Shown here: positions 12,001 to 27,000 of the stretch, piece by piece
Layout of the letters: each line of letters opens with the position of its first letter
How positions within the stretch are numbered: position 1 is the stretch's first letter
Source: Nemertoderma westbladi
Lineage: Eukaryota > Animalia > Xenacoelomorpha
Reading direction: 5' to 3'
Assembly (NCBI GenBank): GCA_032718475.1
Contig: JAUCBJ010000488.1
Location: 62,001 to 126,000 of the forward strand
Length of the DNA: 64,000 bases
The notes under the pieces: generated by a model
The model's database searches: none
Seen by the model: only the letters and a program-made list of their open reading frames with translations
What the model was told of the DNA's origin: nothing
Program-made: the position numbers and the translations under genes

Positions 12001-15000
12001 TAAAATAAAGTTAGCGGTGTCAGAGTCAGGGTGGTACAAGTAAAATAAAGTTAGCGGTGTCAGAGTCAGGGTGGTACAAGTAAAATAAAGTTAGCGTGTC
12101 AGAGTCAGGGTGGTACAAGTAAAATAAGGTTAGCGGTGTCAGTGTCAGGGTGGTACAAGTAAAATAAAGTTAGCGCTGTCAGTGTCAGGGTGGTACAAGT
12201 AAAATAAAGTTAGCGGTGTCAGTGTCAGGGTGTTACAAGTAAAATAAAGTTAGCGGTGTCAGGGTGGTACAAGTAAAATAAAGTTAGCGTGTCAGTGTCA
12301 GGGTGGTACAAGTAAAATAAAGTTAGCGGTGTCAGAGTCAGGGTGGTACAAGTAAAATAAAGTTAGCGGTGTCAGGGTGGTACAAGTAAAATAAAGTTAG
12401 CGGTGTCAGGGTGGTACAAGTAAAATAAAGTTAGCGGTGTCAGAGTCAGGGTGGTATAAGTAAAATAAAGTTAGCGGTGTCAGAGTCAGGGTGGTAAAAT
12501 AAAGTTAGCGGTGTCAGTGTCAGGGTGGTACAAGTAAAACAAAGTTAGCGGTGTCAGAGTCAGGGTGGTACAAGTAAAATAAAGTTAGCGGTGTCAGGGT
12601 GGTACAAATAAAATAAAGTTAGCGGTGTCAGAGTCAGGGTGGTACAAGTAAAATAAAGTTAGCGGTGTCAGGGTGGTACAAGTAAAACAAAGTTAGCGGT
12701 GTCAGTGTCGGGGTGGTACAAGTAAAATAAAGTTAGCGGTGTCAGTGTCAGGGTGGTACAAGTAAAATAAATTTAGCGGTGTCATTGTCAGGGTGGTACA
12801 AGTAAAATAAAGTTAGCGGTGTCAGTGTCAGGGTGGTACAAGTAAAATAAAGTTAGCGGTGTCAGAGTCAGGGTGGTACAAGTAAAATAAAGTTAGCGGT
12901 GTCAGTGTCAGGGTGGTACAAGTAAAATAAAGTTAGCGGTGTCAGTGTCAGGGTGGTACAAGTAAAATAAAGTTAGCAGTGTCAGAGTCAGGGTGGTACA
13001 AGTAAAATAAAGTTAGCGGTGTCAGAGTCAGGGTGGTACAAGTAAAATAAAGTTAGCGTGTCAGAGTCAGGGTGGTACAAGTAAAATAAAGTTAGCGGTG
13101 TCAGTGTCAGGGTGGTACAAGTAAAATAAAGTTAGCGGTGTCAGAGTCAGGGTGGTACAAGTAAAATAAAGTTAGCGGTGTCAGAGTCAGGGTGGTACAA
13201 GTAAAATAAAGTTAGCGTGTCAGAGTCAGGGTGGTACAAGTAAAATAAGGTTAGCGGTGTCAGTGTCAGGGTGGTACAAGTAAAATAAAGTTAGCGCTGT
13301 CAGTGTCAGGGTGGTACAAGTAAAATAAAGTTAGCGGTGTCAGTGTCAGGGTGGTACAAGTAAAATAAAGTTAGCGGTGTCAGTGTCAGGGTGGTACAAG
13401 TAAAATAAAGTTAGCGGTGTCAGGGTGGTACAAGTAAAATAAAGTTAGCGGTGTCAGAGTCAGGGTGGTACAAGTAAAATAAAGTTAGCGGTGTCAGGGT
13501 GGTACAAGTAAAATAAAGTTAGCGGTGTCAGGGTGGTACAAGTAAAATAAAGTTAGCGGTGTCAGAGTCAGGGTGGTATAAGTAAAATAAAGTTAGCGGT
13601 GTCAGAGTCAGGGTGGTAAAATAAAGTTAGCGGTGTCAGTGTCAGGGTGGTACAAGTAAAACAAAGTTAGCGGTGTCAGAGTCAGGGTGGTACAAGTAAA
13701 ATAAAGTTAGCGGTGTCAGGGTGGTACAAGTAAAATAAAGTTAGCGGTGTCAGAGTCAGGGTGGTACAAGTAAAATAAAGTTAGCGGTGTCAGGGTGGTA
13801 CAAGTAAAACAAAGTTAGCGGTGTCAGTGTCGGGGTGGTACAAGTAAAATAAAGTTAGCGGTGTCAGTGTCAGGGTGGTACAAGTAAAATAAGTTTAGCG
13901 GTGTCATTGTCAGGGTGGTACAAGTAAAATAAAGTTAGCGGTGTCAGTGTCAGGGTGGTACAAGTAAAATAAAGTTAGCGGTGTCAGAGTCAGGGTGGTA
14001 CAAGTAAAATAAAGTTAGCGGTGTCAGTGTCAGGGTGGTACAAGTAAAATAAAGTTAGCGGTGTCAGTGTCAGGGTGGTACAAGTAAAATAAAGTTAGCA
14101 GTGTCAGAGTCAGGGTGGTACAAGTAAAATAAAGTTAGCGGTGTCAGAGTCAGGGTGGTACAAGTGAAATAAAGTTAGCGTGTCAGAGTCAGGGTGGTAC
14201 AAGTAAAATAAAGTTAGCGGTGTCAGGGTGGTACAAGTAAAACAAAGTTAGCGGTGTCAGAGTCAGGGTGGTACAAGTAAAATAAAGTTAGCGGTGTCAG
14301 TGTCAGGGTGGTACAAGTAAAATAAAGTTAGCGGTGTCAGAGTCAGGGTGGTACAAGTAAAATAAAGTTAGCGGTGTCAGGGTGGTACAAGTAAAATAAA
14401 GTTAGCGGTGTCAGGGTGGTACAAGTAAAACAAAGTTAGCGGTGTCAGAGTCAGGGTGGTACAAGTAAAATAAAGTTAGCGGTGTCAGAGTCAGGGTGGT
14501 ACAAGTAAAATAAAGTTAGCGTGTCAGAGTCAGGGTGGTACAAGTAAAATAAAGTTAGCGGTGTCAGTGTCAGGGTGGTACAAGTAAAATAAAGTTAGCG
14601 GTGTCAGTGTCAGGGTGGTACAAGTAAAATAAAGTTAGCGGTGTCAGTGTCAGGGTGGTACAAGTAAAATAAAGTTAGCGGTGTCAGGGTGGTACAAGTA
14701 AAACAAAGTTAGCGGTGTCAGAGTCAGGGTGGTACAAGTAAAATAAAGTTAGCGGTGTCAGAGTCAGGGCGGTACAAGTAAAATAAAGTTAGCGGTGTCA
14801 GGGTGGTACAAGTAAAACAAAGTTAGCGGTGTCAGAGACAGGGTGGTACAAGTAAAATAAAGTTAGCGGTGTCAGAGTCAGGGTGGTACAAGTAAAATAA
14901 AGTTAGCGTGTCAGAGTCAGGGTGGTACAAGTAAAATAAAGTTAGCGGTGTCAGTGTCAGGGTGGTACAAGTAAAATAAAGTTAGCGGTGTCAGAGTCAG

Positions 15001-18000
15001 GGTGGTACAAGTAAAATAAAGTTAGCGGTGTCAGAGTCAGGGTGGTACAAGTAAAATAAAGTTAGCGTGTCAGAGTCAGGGTGGTACAAGTAAAATAAGG
15101 TTAGCGGTGTCAGTGTCAGGGTGGTACAAGTAAAATAAAGTTAGCGCTGTCAGTGTCAGGGTGGTACAAGTAAAATAAAGTTAGCGGTGTCAGTGTCAGG
15201 GTGGTACAAGTAAAATAAAGTTAGCGGTGTCAGGGTGGTACAAGTAAAACAAAGTTAGCGGTGTCAGAGTCAGGGTGGTACAAGTAAAATAAAGTTAGCG
15301 GTGGCAGTGTCAGGGTGGTACAAGTAAAATAAAGTTAGCGGTGTCAGGGTGGTATAAGTAAAATAAAGTTAGCGTGTCAGAGTCAGGGTGGTACAAGTAA
15401 AATAAAGTTAGCGGTGTCAGAGTCAGGGTGGTACAAGTAAAATAAAGTTAGCGGTGTCAGTGTCAGGGTGGTACAAGTAAAATAAAGTTAGCGGTGTCAG
15501 TGTCAGGGTGGTACAAGTAAAATAAAGTTAGCGGTGTCAGGGTGGTATAAGTAAAATAAAGCTAGCGGTGTCAGAGTCAGGGTGGTACAAGTAAAATAAA
15601 GTTAGCGGTGTCAGAGTCAGGGTGGTACAAGTAAAATAAAGTTAGCGGTGTCAGAGTCAGGGTGGTACAAGTAAAATAAAGTTAGCGGTGTCAGGGTGGT
15701 ATAAGTAAAATAAAGTTAGCGTGTCAGAGTCAGGGTGGTACAAGTAAAATAAAGTTAGCGGTGTCAGAGTCAGGGTGGTACAAGTAAAATAAAGTTAGCG
15801 GTGTCAGTTTCAGGGTGGTACAAGTAAAATAAAGTTAGCGGTGTCAGGGTGGTATAAGTAAAATAAAGTTAGCGTGTCAGAGTCAGGGTGGTACAAGTAA
15901 AATAAAGTTAGCGGTGTCAGAGTCAGGGTGGTACAAGTAAAATAAAGTTAGCGGTGTCAGTGTCAGGGTGGTACAAGTAAAATAAAGTTAGCGGTGTCAG
16001 TGTCAGGGTGGTACAAGTAAAATAAAGTTAGCGGTGTCAGGGTGGTATAAGTAAAATAAAGTTAGCGGTGTCAGAGTCAGGGTGGTACAAGTAAAATAAA
16101 GTTAGCGGTGTCAGGGTGGTATAAGTAAAATAAAGTTAGCGGTGTCAGAGTCAGGGTGGTACAAGTAAAATAAAGTTAGCGGTGTCAGAGTCAGGGTGGT
16201 ACAAGTAAAATAAAGTTAGCGGTGTCAGAGTCAGGGTGGTACAAGTAAAATAAAGTTAGCGGTGTCAGTGTCAGGGTGGTACAAGTAAAATAAAGTTAGC
16301 GGTGTCAGGGTGGTATAAGTAAAATAAAGTTAGCGGTGTCAGAGTCAGGGTGGTACAAGTAAAATAAAGTTAGCGGTGTCAGATTCAGGGTGGTACAAGT
16401 AAAATAAAGTTAGCGGTGTCAGAGTCAGGGTGGTACAAGTAAAATAAAGTTAGCGGTGTCAAAGTCAGGGTGGTACAAGTAAAATAAAGTTAGCGTGTCA
16501 GTGTCAGGGTGGTACAAGTAAAATAAAGTTAGCGGTGTCAAAGTCAGGGTGGTACAAGTAAAATAAAGTTAGCGGTGTCAGAGTCAGGGTGGTACAAGTA
16601 AAATAAAGTTAGCGGTGTCAGAGTCAGGGTGGTACAAGTAAAATAAAGTTAGCGGTGTCAGAGTCAGGGTGGTACAAGTAAAATAAAGTTAGCGGTGTCA
16701 GAGTCAGGGTGGTACAAGTAAAATAAAGTTAGCGGTGTCAGAGTCAGGGTGGTACAAGTAAAATAAAGTTAGCGTGTCAGTGTCAGGGTGGTACAAGTAA
16801 AATAAAGTTAGCGGTGTCAGAGTCAGGGTGGTACAAGTAAAATAAAGTTAGCGGTGTCAGAGTCAGGGTGGTACAAGTAAAATAAAGTTAGCGGTGTCAG
16901 AGTCAGGGTGGTACAAGTAAAATAAAGTTAGCGGTGTCAGAGTCAGGGTGGTACAAGTAAAATAAAGTTAGCGGTGTCAGAGTCAGGGTGGTACAAGTAA
17001 AATAAAGTTAGCGTGTCAGTGTCAAGGTGGTACAAGTAAAATAAAGTTAGCGGTGTCAGAGTCAGGGTGGTACAAGTAAAATAAAGTTAGCGGTGTCAGA
17101 GTCAGGGTGGTACAAGTAAAATAAAGTTAGCGGTGTCAGAGTCAGGGTGGTACAAGTAAAATAAAGTTAGCGGTGTCAGAGTCAGGGTGGTACAAGTAAA
17201 ATAAAGTTAGCGGTGTCAGAGTCAGGGTGGTACAAGTAAAATAAAGTTAGCGGTGTCAGAGTCAGGGTGGTACAAGTAAAATAAAGTTAGCGTGTCAGTG
17301 TCATGGTGGTACAAGTAAAATAAAGTTAGCGGTGTCAGAGTCAGGATGGTACAAGTAAAATAAGGTTAGCGGTGTCAGTGTCAGGGTGGTACAAGTAAAA
17401 TAAAGTTAGCGGTGTCAGTGTCAGGGTGGTACAAGTAAAATAAAGTTAGCGGTGTCAGTGTCAGGGTGGTACAAGTAAAATAAAGTTAGCGTGTCAGTGT
17501 CAGGGTGGTACAAGTAAAGAAAGTTAGCGGTGTCAGGGTGGTACAAGTAAAATAAAGTTAGCGTGTCAGTGTCAGGGTGGTACAAGTAAAATAAAGTTAG
17601 CGGTGTCAGGGTGGTACAAGTAAAATAAAGTTAGCGTGTCAGTGTCAGGGTGGTACAAGTAAAATAAAGTTAGCGGTGTCAGGGTGGTATAAGTAAAATA
17701 AAGTTAGCGTGTCAGAGTCAGGGTGGTACAAGTAAAATACAGTTAGCGGTGTCAGTGTCAGGGTGGTACAAGTAAAAGAAACTTAGCGGTGTCAGAGTCA
17801 GGGTGGTACAAGTAAAATAAAGTTAGCGGTGTCAGAGTCAGGGTGGTACAAGTAAAATAAAGTTAGCGGTGTCAGAGTCAGGGTGGTACAAGTAAAATAA
17901 AGTTAGCGGTGTCAGAGTTAGGGTGGTACAAGTAAAATAAAGTTAGCGGTGTCAGAGTCAGGGTGGTACAAGTAAAATAAAGTTAGCGGTGTCAGAGTTA

Positions 18001-21000
18001 GGGTGGTAAAAGTAAAATAAAGTTAGCGGTGTCAGAGTCAGGGTGGTACAAGTAAAATAAAGTTAGCGGTGTCAGAGTTAGGGTGGAACAAGTAAAATAA
18101 AGTTAGCGGTGTCAGAGTCAGGGTGGTACAAGTAAAATAAAGTTAGCGGTGTCAGAGTCAGGGTGGTACAAGTAAAATAAAGTTAGCGGTGTCAGAGTTA
18201 GGGTGGTACAAGTAAAATAAAATTAGCGGTGTCAGAGTCAGGGTGGTACAAGTAAAATAATGTTAGCGGTGTCAGAGTCAGGGTGGTACAAGTAAAATAA
18301 AGTTAGCGTGTCAGTGTCAGGGTGGTACAAGTAAAATAAAGTTAGCGGTGTCAGAGTCAGGGTGGTACAAGTAAAATAAAGTTAGCGGTGTCAGAGTCAG
18401 GGTGGTACAAGTAAAATAAAGTTAGCGTGTCAGTGTCAGGGTGGTACAAGTAAAATAAAGTTAGCGGTGTCAGAGTCAGGGTGGTACAAGGAAAATAAAG
18501 TTAGCGGTGTCAGAGTCAGGGTGGTACAAGTAAAATAAAGTTAGCGGTGTCAGAGTCAGGGTGGTACAAGTAAAATAAAGTTGGCGGTGTCAGAGTCAGG
18601 GTGGTACAAGTAAAATAAAGTTAGCGTGTCAGTGTCATGGTGGTACAAGTAAAATAAAGTTAGCGGTGTCAGAGTCAGGGTGGTACAAGTAAAATAAAGT
18701 TAGCGGTGTCAGTGTCAGGGTGGTACAAGTAAAATAAAGTTAGCGGTGTCAGTGTCAGGGTGGTACAAGTAAAATAAAGTTAGCGGTGTCAGTGTCAGGG
18801 TGGTACAAGTAAAATAAAGTTAGCGTGTCAGTGTCAGGGTGGTACAAGTAAAGAAAGTTAGCGGTGTCAGGGTGGTACAAGTAAAATAAAGTTAGCGTGT
18901 CAGTGTCAGGGTGGTACAAGTAAAATAAAGTTAGCGGTGTCAGGGTGGTACAAGTAAAATAAAGTTAGCGTGTCAGTGTCAGGGTGGTACAAGTAAAATA
19001 AAGTTAGCGGTGTCAGGGTGGTATAAGTAAAATAAAGTTAGCGTGTCAGAATCAGGGTGGTACAAGTAAAATAAAGTTAGCGGTGTCAGTGTCAGGGTGG
19101 TACAAGTAAAAGAAACTTAGCGGTGTCAGAGTCAGGGTGGTACAAGTAAAATAAAGTTAGCGGTGTCAGAGTCAGGGTGGTACAAGTAAAATAAAGTTAG
19201 CGGTGTCAGAGTCAGGGTGGTACAAGTAAAATAAAGTTAGCGGTGTCAGAGTTAGGGTGGTACAAGTAAAATAAAGTTAGCGGTGTCAGAGTCAGGGTGG
19301 TACAAGTAAAATAAAGTTAGCGGTGTCAGAGTTAGGGTGGTAAAAGTAAAATAAAGTTAGCGGTGTCAGAGTCAGGGTGGTACAAGTAAAATAAAGTTAG
19401 CGGTGTCAGAGTTAGGGTGGAACAAGTAAAATAAAGTTAGCGGTGTCAGAGTCAGGGTGGTACAAGTAAAATAAAGTTAGCGGTGTCAGAGTCAGGGTGG
19501 TACAAGTAAAATAAAGTTAGCGGTGTCAGAGTTAGGGTGGTACAAGTAAAATAAAGTTAGCGGTGTCAGAGTCAGGGCGGTACAAGTAAAATAATGTTAG
19601 CGGTGTCAGAGTCAGGGTGGTACAAGTAAAATAAAGTTAGCGTGTCAGTGTCAGGGTGGTACAAGTAAAATAAAGTTAGCGGTGTCAGAGTCAGGGTGGT
19701 ACAAGTAAAATAAAGTTAGCGGTGTCAGAGTCAGGGTGGTACAAGTAAAATAAAGTTAGCGGTGTCAGAGTCAGGGTGGTACAAGTAAAATAAAGTTAGC
19801 GGTGTCAGGGTGGTATAAGTAAAATAAAGTTAGCGGTGTCAGAGTCAGGGTGGTACAAGTAAAACAAAGTTAGCGGTGTCAGTGTCAGGGTGGTACAAGT
19901 AAAATAAAGTTAGCGGTGTCAGTGTCAGGGTGGTACAAGTAAAATAAAGTTAGCGGTGTCAGAGTCAGGGTGGTACAAGTAAAATAAAGTTAGCGGTGTC
20001 AGAGTCAGGGTGGTACAAGTAAAATAAAGTTAGCGGTGTCAGAGTCAGGGTGGTACAAGTAAAATAAAGTTAGCGGTGTCAGAGTCAGGGTGGTACAAGT
20101 AAAATAAAGTTAGCGGTGTCAGAGTCAGGGTGGTACAAGTAAAATAAAGTTAGCGGTGTCAGGGTGGTATAAGTAAAATAAAGTTAGCGGTGTCAGAGTC
20201 AGGGTGGTACAAATAAAACAAAGTTAGCGGTGTCAGTGTCAGGGTGGTACAAGTAAAATAAAGTTAGCGGTGTCAGAGTCAGGGTGGTACAAGTAAAATA
20301 AAGTTAGCGGTGTCAGAGTCAGGGTGGTACAAGTAAAATAAAGTTAGCGGTGTCAGGGTGGTATAAGTAAAATAAAGTTAGCGGTGTCAGAGTCAGGGTG
20401 GTACAAGTAAAACAAAGTTAGCGGTGTCAGTGTCAGGGTGGTACAAGTAAAATAAAGTTAGCGGTGTCAGTGTCAGGGTGGTACAAGTAAAATAAAGTTA
20501 GCGGTGTCAGAGTCAGGGTGGTACAAGTAAAATAAAGTTAGCGGTGTCAGTGTCAGGGTGGTACATGTAAAATAAAGTTAGCGGTGTCAGAGTCAGGGTG
20601 GTACAAGTAAAATAAAGTTAGCGTGTCAGTGTCAGGGTGGTACAAGTAAAATAAAGTTAGCGGTGTCAGAGTCAGGGTGGTACAAGTAAAACAAAGTTAG
20701 CGGTGTCAGAGTCAGGGTGGTACAAGTAAAATAAAGTTAGCGTGTCAGTGTTAGGGTGGTACAAGTAAAATAAAGTTAGCGTGTCAGTGTCAGGGTGGTA
20801 CAAGTAAAATAAAGTTAGCGGTGTCAGGGTGGTATAAGTAAAATAAAGTTAGCGTGTCAGAGTCAGGGTGGTACAAGTAAAATAAAGTTAGCGGTGTCAG
20901 TGTCAGGGTGGTACAAGTAAAATAAACTTAGCGGTGTCAGAGTCAGGGTGGTACAAGTAAAACAAAGTTAGCGCTGTCAGTGTCAGGGTGGTACAAGTAA

Positions 21001-24000
21001 AATAAAGTTAGCGGTGTCAGTGTCAGGGTGGTACAAGTAAAATAAAGTTAGCGCTGTCAGTGTCAGGGTGGTACAAGTAAAATAAAGTTAGCGGTGTCAG
21101 TGTCAGAGTGGTACAAGTAAAATAAAGTTAGCGGTGTCAGAGTCAGGGTGGTACAAGTAAAACAAAGTTAGCGGTGTCAGAGTCAGGGTGGTACAAGTAA
21201 AATAAAGTTAGCGGTGTCAGTGTCAGGGTGGTACAAGTAAAATAAAGTTAGCGGTGTCAGAGTCAGGGTGGTACAAGTAAAATAAAGTTAGCGGTGTCAG
21301 AGTCAGGGTGGTACAAGTAAAATAAAGTTAGCGGTGTCAGAGTCAGGGTGGTACAAGTAAAATAAAGTTAGCGGTGTCAGAGTCAGGGTGGTACAAGTAA
21401 AATAAAGTTAGCGGTGTCAGAGTCAGGGTGGTACAAGTAAAATAAAGTTAGCGGTGTCAGGGTGGTATAAGTAAAATAAAGTTAGCGGTGTCAGAGTCAG
21501 GGTGGTACAAATAAAACAAAGTTAGCGGTGTCAGTGTCAGGGTGGTACAAGTAAAATAAAGTTAGCGGTGTCAGAGTCAGGGTGGTACAAGTAAAATAAA
21601 GTTAGCGGTGTCAGAGTCAGGGTGGTACAAGTAAAATAAAGTTAGCGGTGTCAGGGTGGTATAAGTAAAATAAAGTTAGCGGTGTCAGAGTCAGGGTGGT
21701 ACAAGTAAAACAAAGTTAGCGGTGTCAGTGTCAGGGTGGTACAAGTAAAATAAAGTTAGCGGTGTCAGTGTCAGGGTGGTACAAGTAAAATAAAGTTAGC
21801 GGTGTCAGAGTCAGGGTGGTACAAGTAAAATAAAGTTAGCGGTGTCAGTGTCAGGGTGGTACATGTAAAATAAAGTTAGCGGTGTCAGAGTCAGGGTGGT
21901 ACAAGTAAAATAAAGTTAGCGTGTCAGTGTCAGGGTGGTACAAGTAAAATAAAGTTAGCGGTGTCAGAGTCAGGGTGGTACAAGTAAAACAAAGTTAGCG
22001 GTGTCAGAGTCAGGGTGGTACAAGTAAAATAAAGTTAGCGTGTCAGTGTTAGGGTGGTACAAGTAAAATAAAGTTAGCGTGTCAGTGTCAGGGTGGTACA
22101 AGTAAAATAAAGTTAGCGGTGTCAGGGTGGTATAAGTAAAATAAAGTTAGCGTGTCAGAGTCAGGGTGGTACAAGTAAAATAAAGTTAGCGGTGTCAGTG
22201 TCAGGGTGGTACAAGTAAAATAAACTTAGCGGTGTCAGAGTCAGGGTGGTACAAGTAAAACAAAGTTAGCGCTGTCAGTGTCAGGGTGGTACAAGTAAAA
22301 TAAAGTTAGCGGTGTCAGTGTCAGGGTGGTACAAGTAAAATAAAGTTAGCGCTGTCAGTGTCAGGGTGGTACAAGTAAAATAAAGTTAGCGGTGTCAGTG
22401 TCAGAGTGGTACAAGTAAAATAAAGTTAGCGGTGTCAGAGTCAGGGTGGTACAAGTAAAACAAAGTTAGCGGTGTCAGAGTCAGGGTGGTACAAGTAAAA
22501 TAAAGTTAGCGGTGTCAGGGTGGTACAAGTAAAATAAAGTTAGCGGTGTCAGAGTCAGGGTGGTACAAGTAAAATAAAGTTAGCGGTGTCAGAGTCAGGG
22601 TGGTACAAGTAAAATAAAGTTAGCGGTGTCAGAGTCAGGGTGGTACAAGTAAAATAAAGTTAGCGGTGTCAGAGTCAGGGTGGTACAAGTAAAATAAAGT
22701 TAGCGTGTCAGTGTCAGGGTGGTACAAGTAAAATAAAGTTAGCGGTGTCAGGGTGGTATAAGTAAAATAAAGTTAGCGTGTCAGAGTCAGGGTGGTACAA
22801 GTAAAATACAGTTAGCGGTGTCAGTGTCAGGGTGGTACAAGTAAAAGAAACTTAGCGGTGTCAGAGTCAGGGTGGTACAAGTAAAATAAAGTTAGCGGTG
22901 TCAGAGTCAGGGTGGTACAAGTAAAATAAAGTTAGCGGTGTCAGAGTCAGGGTGGTACAAGTAAAATAAAGTTAGCGGTGTCAGAGTTAGGGTGGTACAA
23001 GTAAAATAAAGTTAGCGGTGTCAGAGTCAGGGTGGTACAAGTAAAATAAAGTTAGCGGTGTCAGAGTTAGGGTGGTAAAAGTAAAATAAAGTTAGCGGTG
23101 TCAGAGTCAGGGTGGTACAAGTAAAATAAAGTTAGCGGTGTCAGAGTTAGGGTGGAACAAGTAAAATAAAGTTAGCGGTGTCAGAGTCAGGGTGGTACAA
23201 GTAAAATAAAGTTAGCGGTGTCAGAGTCAGGGTGGTACAAGTAAAATAAAGTTAGCGGTGTCAGAGTTAGGGTGGTACAAGTAAAATAAAATTAGCGGTG
23301 TCAGAGTCAGGGTGGTACAAGTAAAATAATGTTAGCGGTGTCAGAGTCAGGGTGGTACAAGTAAAATAAAGTTAGCGTGTCAGTGTCAGGGTGGTACAAG
23401 TAAAATAAAGTTAGCGGTGTCAGAGTCAGGGTGGTACAAGTAAAATAAAGTTAGCGGTGTCAGAGTCAGGGTGGTACAAGTAAAATAAAGTTAGCGTGTC
23501 AGTGTCAGGGTGGTACAAGTAAAATAAAGTTAGCGGTGTCAGAGTCAGGGTGGTACAAGGAAAATAAAGTTAGCGGTGTCAGAGTCAGGGTGGTACAAGT
23601 AAAATAAAGTTAGCGGTGTCAGAGTCAGGGTGGTACAAGTAAAATAAAGTTAGCGGTGTCAGAGTCAGGGTGGTACAAGTAAAATAAAGTTAGCGTGTCA
23701 GTGTCATGGTGGTACAAGTAAAATAAAGTTAGCGGTGTCAGAGTCAGGGTGGTACAAGTAAAATAAAGTTAGCGGTGTCAGTGTCAGGGTGGTACAAGTA
23801 AAATAAAGTTAGCGGTGTCAGTGTCAGGGTGGTACAAGTAAAATAAAGTTAGCGGTGTCAGTGTCAGGGTGGTACAAGTAAAATAAAGTTAGCGTGTCAG
23901 TGTCAGGGTGGTACAAGTAAAGAAAGTTAGCGGTGTCAGGGTGGTACAAGTAAAATAAAGTTAGCGTGTCAGTGTCAGGGTGGTACAAGTAAAATAAAGT

Positions 24001-27000
24001 TAGCGGTGTCAGGGTGGTACAAGTAAAATAAAGTTAGCGTGTCAGTGTCAGGGTGGTACAAGTAAAATAAAGTTAGCGGTGTCAGGGTGGTATAAGTAAA
24101 ATAAAGTTAGCGTGTCAGAATCAGGGTGGTACAAGTAAAATAAAGTTAGCGGTGTCAGTGTCAGGGTGGTACAAGTAAAAGAAACTTAGCGGTGTCAGAG
24201 TCAGGGTGGTACAAGTAAAATAAAGTTAGCGGTGTCAGAGTCAGGGTGGTACAAGTAAAATAAAGTTAGCGGTGTCAGAGTCAGGGTGGTACAAGTAAAA
24301 TAAAGTTAGCGGTGTCAGAGTTAGGGTGGTACAAGTAAAATAAAGTTAGCGGTGTCAGAGTCAGGGTGGTACAAGTAAAATAAAGTTAGCGGTGTCAGAG
24401 TTAGGGTGGTAAAAGTAAAATAAAGTTAGCGGTGTCAGAGTCAGGGTGGTACAAGTAAAATAAAGTTAGCGGTGTCAGAGTTAGGGTGGAACAAGTAAAA
24501 TAAAGTTAGCGGTGTCAGAGTCAGGGTGGTACAAGTAAAATAAAGTTAGCGGTGTCAGAGTCAGGGTGGTACAAGTAAAATAAAGTTAGCGGTGTCAGAG
24601 TTAGGGTGGTACAAGTAAAATAAAGTTAGCGGTGTCAGAGTCAGGGCGGTACAAGTAAAATAATGTTAGCGGTGTCAGAGTCAGGGTGGTACAAGTAAAA
24701 TAAAGTTAGCGTGTCAGTGTCAGGGTGGTACAAGTAAAATAAAGTTAGCGGTGTCAGAGTCAGGGTGGTACAAGTAAAATAAAGTTAGCGGTGTCAGAGT
24801 CAGGGTGGTACAAGTAAAATAAAGTTAGCGGTGTCAGAGTCAGGGTGGTACAAGTAAAATAAAGTTAGCGGTGTCAGGGTGGTATAAGTAAAATAAAGTT
24901 AGCGGTGTCAGAGTCAGGGTGGTACAAGTAAAACAAAGTTAGCGGTGTCAGTGTCAGGGTGGTACAAGTAAAATAAAGTTAGCGGTGTCAGTGTCAGGGT
25001 GGTACAAGTAAAGAAAGTTAGCGGTGTCAGGGTGGTACAAGTAAAATAAAGTTAGCGTGTCAGTGTCAGGGTGGTACAAGTAAAATAAAGTTAGCGGTGT
25101 CAGGGTGGTATAAGTAAAATAAAGTTAGCGTGTCAGAATCAGGGTGGTACAAGTAAAATAAAGTTAGCGGTGTCAGTGTCAGGGTGGTACAAGTAAAAGA
25201 AACTTAGCGGTGTCAGAGTCAGGGTGGTACAAGTAAAATAAAGTTAGCGGTGTCAGAGTCAGGGTGGTACAAGTAAAATAAAGTTAGCGGTGTCAGAGTC
25301 AGGGTGGTACAAGTAAAATAAAGTTAGCGGTGTCAGAGTTAGGGTGGTACAAGTAAAATAAAGTTAGCGGTGTCAGAGTCAGGGTGGTACAAGTAAAATA
25401 AAGTTAGCGGTGTCAGAGTTAGGGTGGTAAAAGTAAAATAAAGTTAGCGGTGTCAGAGTCAGGGTGGTACAAGTAAAATAAAGTTAGCGGTGTCAGAGTT
25501 AGGGTGGAATAAGTAAAATAAAGTTAGCGGTGTCAGAGTCAGGGTGGTACAAGTAAAATAAAGTTAGCGGTGTCAGAGTCAGGGTGGTACAAGTAAAATA
25601 AAGTTAGCGGTGTCAGAGTTAGGGTGGTACAAGTAAAATAAAGTTAGCGGTGTCAGAGTCAGGGCGGTACAAGTAAAATAATGTTAGCGGTGTCAGAGTC
25701 AGGGTGGTACAAGTAAAATAAAGTTAGCGTGTCAGTGTCAGGGTGGTACAAGTAAAATAAAGTTAGCGGTGTCAGAGTCAGGGTGGTACAAGTAAAATAA
25801 AGTTAGCGGTGTCAGAGTCAGGGTGGTACAAGTAAAATAAAGTTAGCGGTGTCAGAGTTAGGGTGGAACAAGTAAAATAAAGTTAGCGGTGTCAGAGTCA
25901 GGGTGGTACAAGTAAAATAAAGTTAGCGGTGTCAGAGTCAGGGTGGTACAAGTAAAATAAAGTTAGCGGTGTCAGAGTTAGGGTGGTACAAGTAAAATAA
26001 AGTTAGCGGTGTCAGAGTCAGGGCGGTACAAGTAAAATAATGTTAGCGGTGTCAGAGTCAGGGTGGTACAAGTAAAATAAAGTTAGCGTGTCAGTGTCAG
26101 GGTGGTACAAGTAAAATAAAGTTAGCGGTGTCAGAGTCAGGGTGGTACAAGTAAAATAAAGTTAGCGGTGTCAGAGTCAGGGTGGTACAAGTAAAATAAA
26201 GTTAGCGGTGTCAGAGTCAGGGTGGTACAAGTAAAATAAAGTTAGCGGTGTCAGGGTGGTATAAGTAATATAAAGTTAGCGGTGTCAGAGTCAGGGTGGT
26301 ACAAGTAAAACAAAGTTAGCGGTGTCAGTGTCAGGGTGGTACAAGTAAAATAAAGTTAGCGGTGTCAGTGTCAGGGTGGTACAAGTAAAATAAAGTTAGC
26401 GGTGTCAGAGTCAGGGTGGTACAAGTAAAATAAAGTTAGCGGTGTCAGAGTCAGGGTGGTACAAGTAAAATAAAGTTAGCGGTGTCAGAGTCAGGGTGGT
26501 ACAAGTAAAATAAAGTTAGCGGTGTCAGAGTCAGGGTGGTACAAGTAAAATAAAGTTAGCGGTGTCAGAGTCAGGGTGGTACAAGTAAAATAAAGTTAGC
26601 GGTGTCAGGGTGGTATAAGTAAAATAAAGTTAGCGGTGTCAGAGTCAGGGTGGTACAAATAAAACAAAGTTAGCGGTGTCAGTGTCAGGGTGGTACAAGT
26701 AAAATAAAGTTAGCGGTGTCAGAGTCAGGGTGGTACAAGTAAAATAAAGTTAGCGGTGTCAGAGTCAGGGTGGTACAAGTAAAATAAAGTTAGCGGTGTC
26801 AGGGTGGTATAAGTAAAATAAAGTTAGCGGTGTCAGAGTCAGGGTGGTACAAGTAAAACAAAGTTAGCGGTGTCAGTGTCAGGGTGGTACAAGTAAAATA
26901 AAGTTAGCGGTGTCAGTGTCAGGGTGGTACAAGTAAAATAAAGTTAGCGGTGTCAGAGTCAGGGTGGTACAAGTAAAATAAAGTTAGCGGTGTCAGTGTC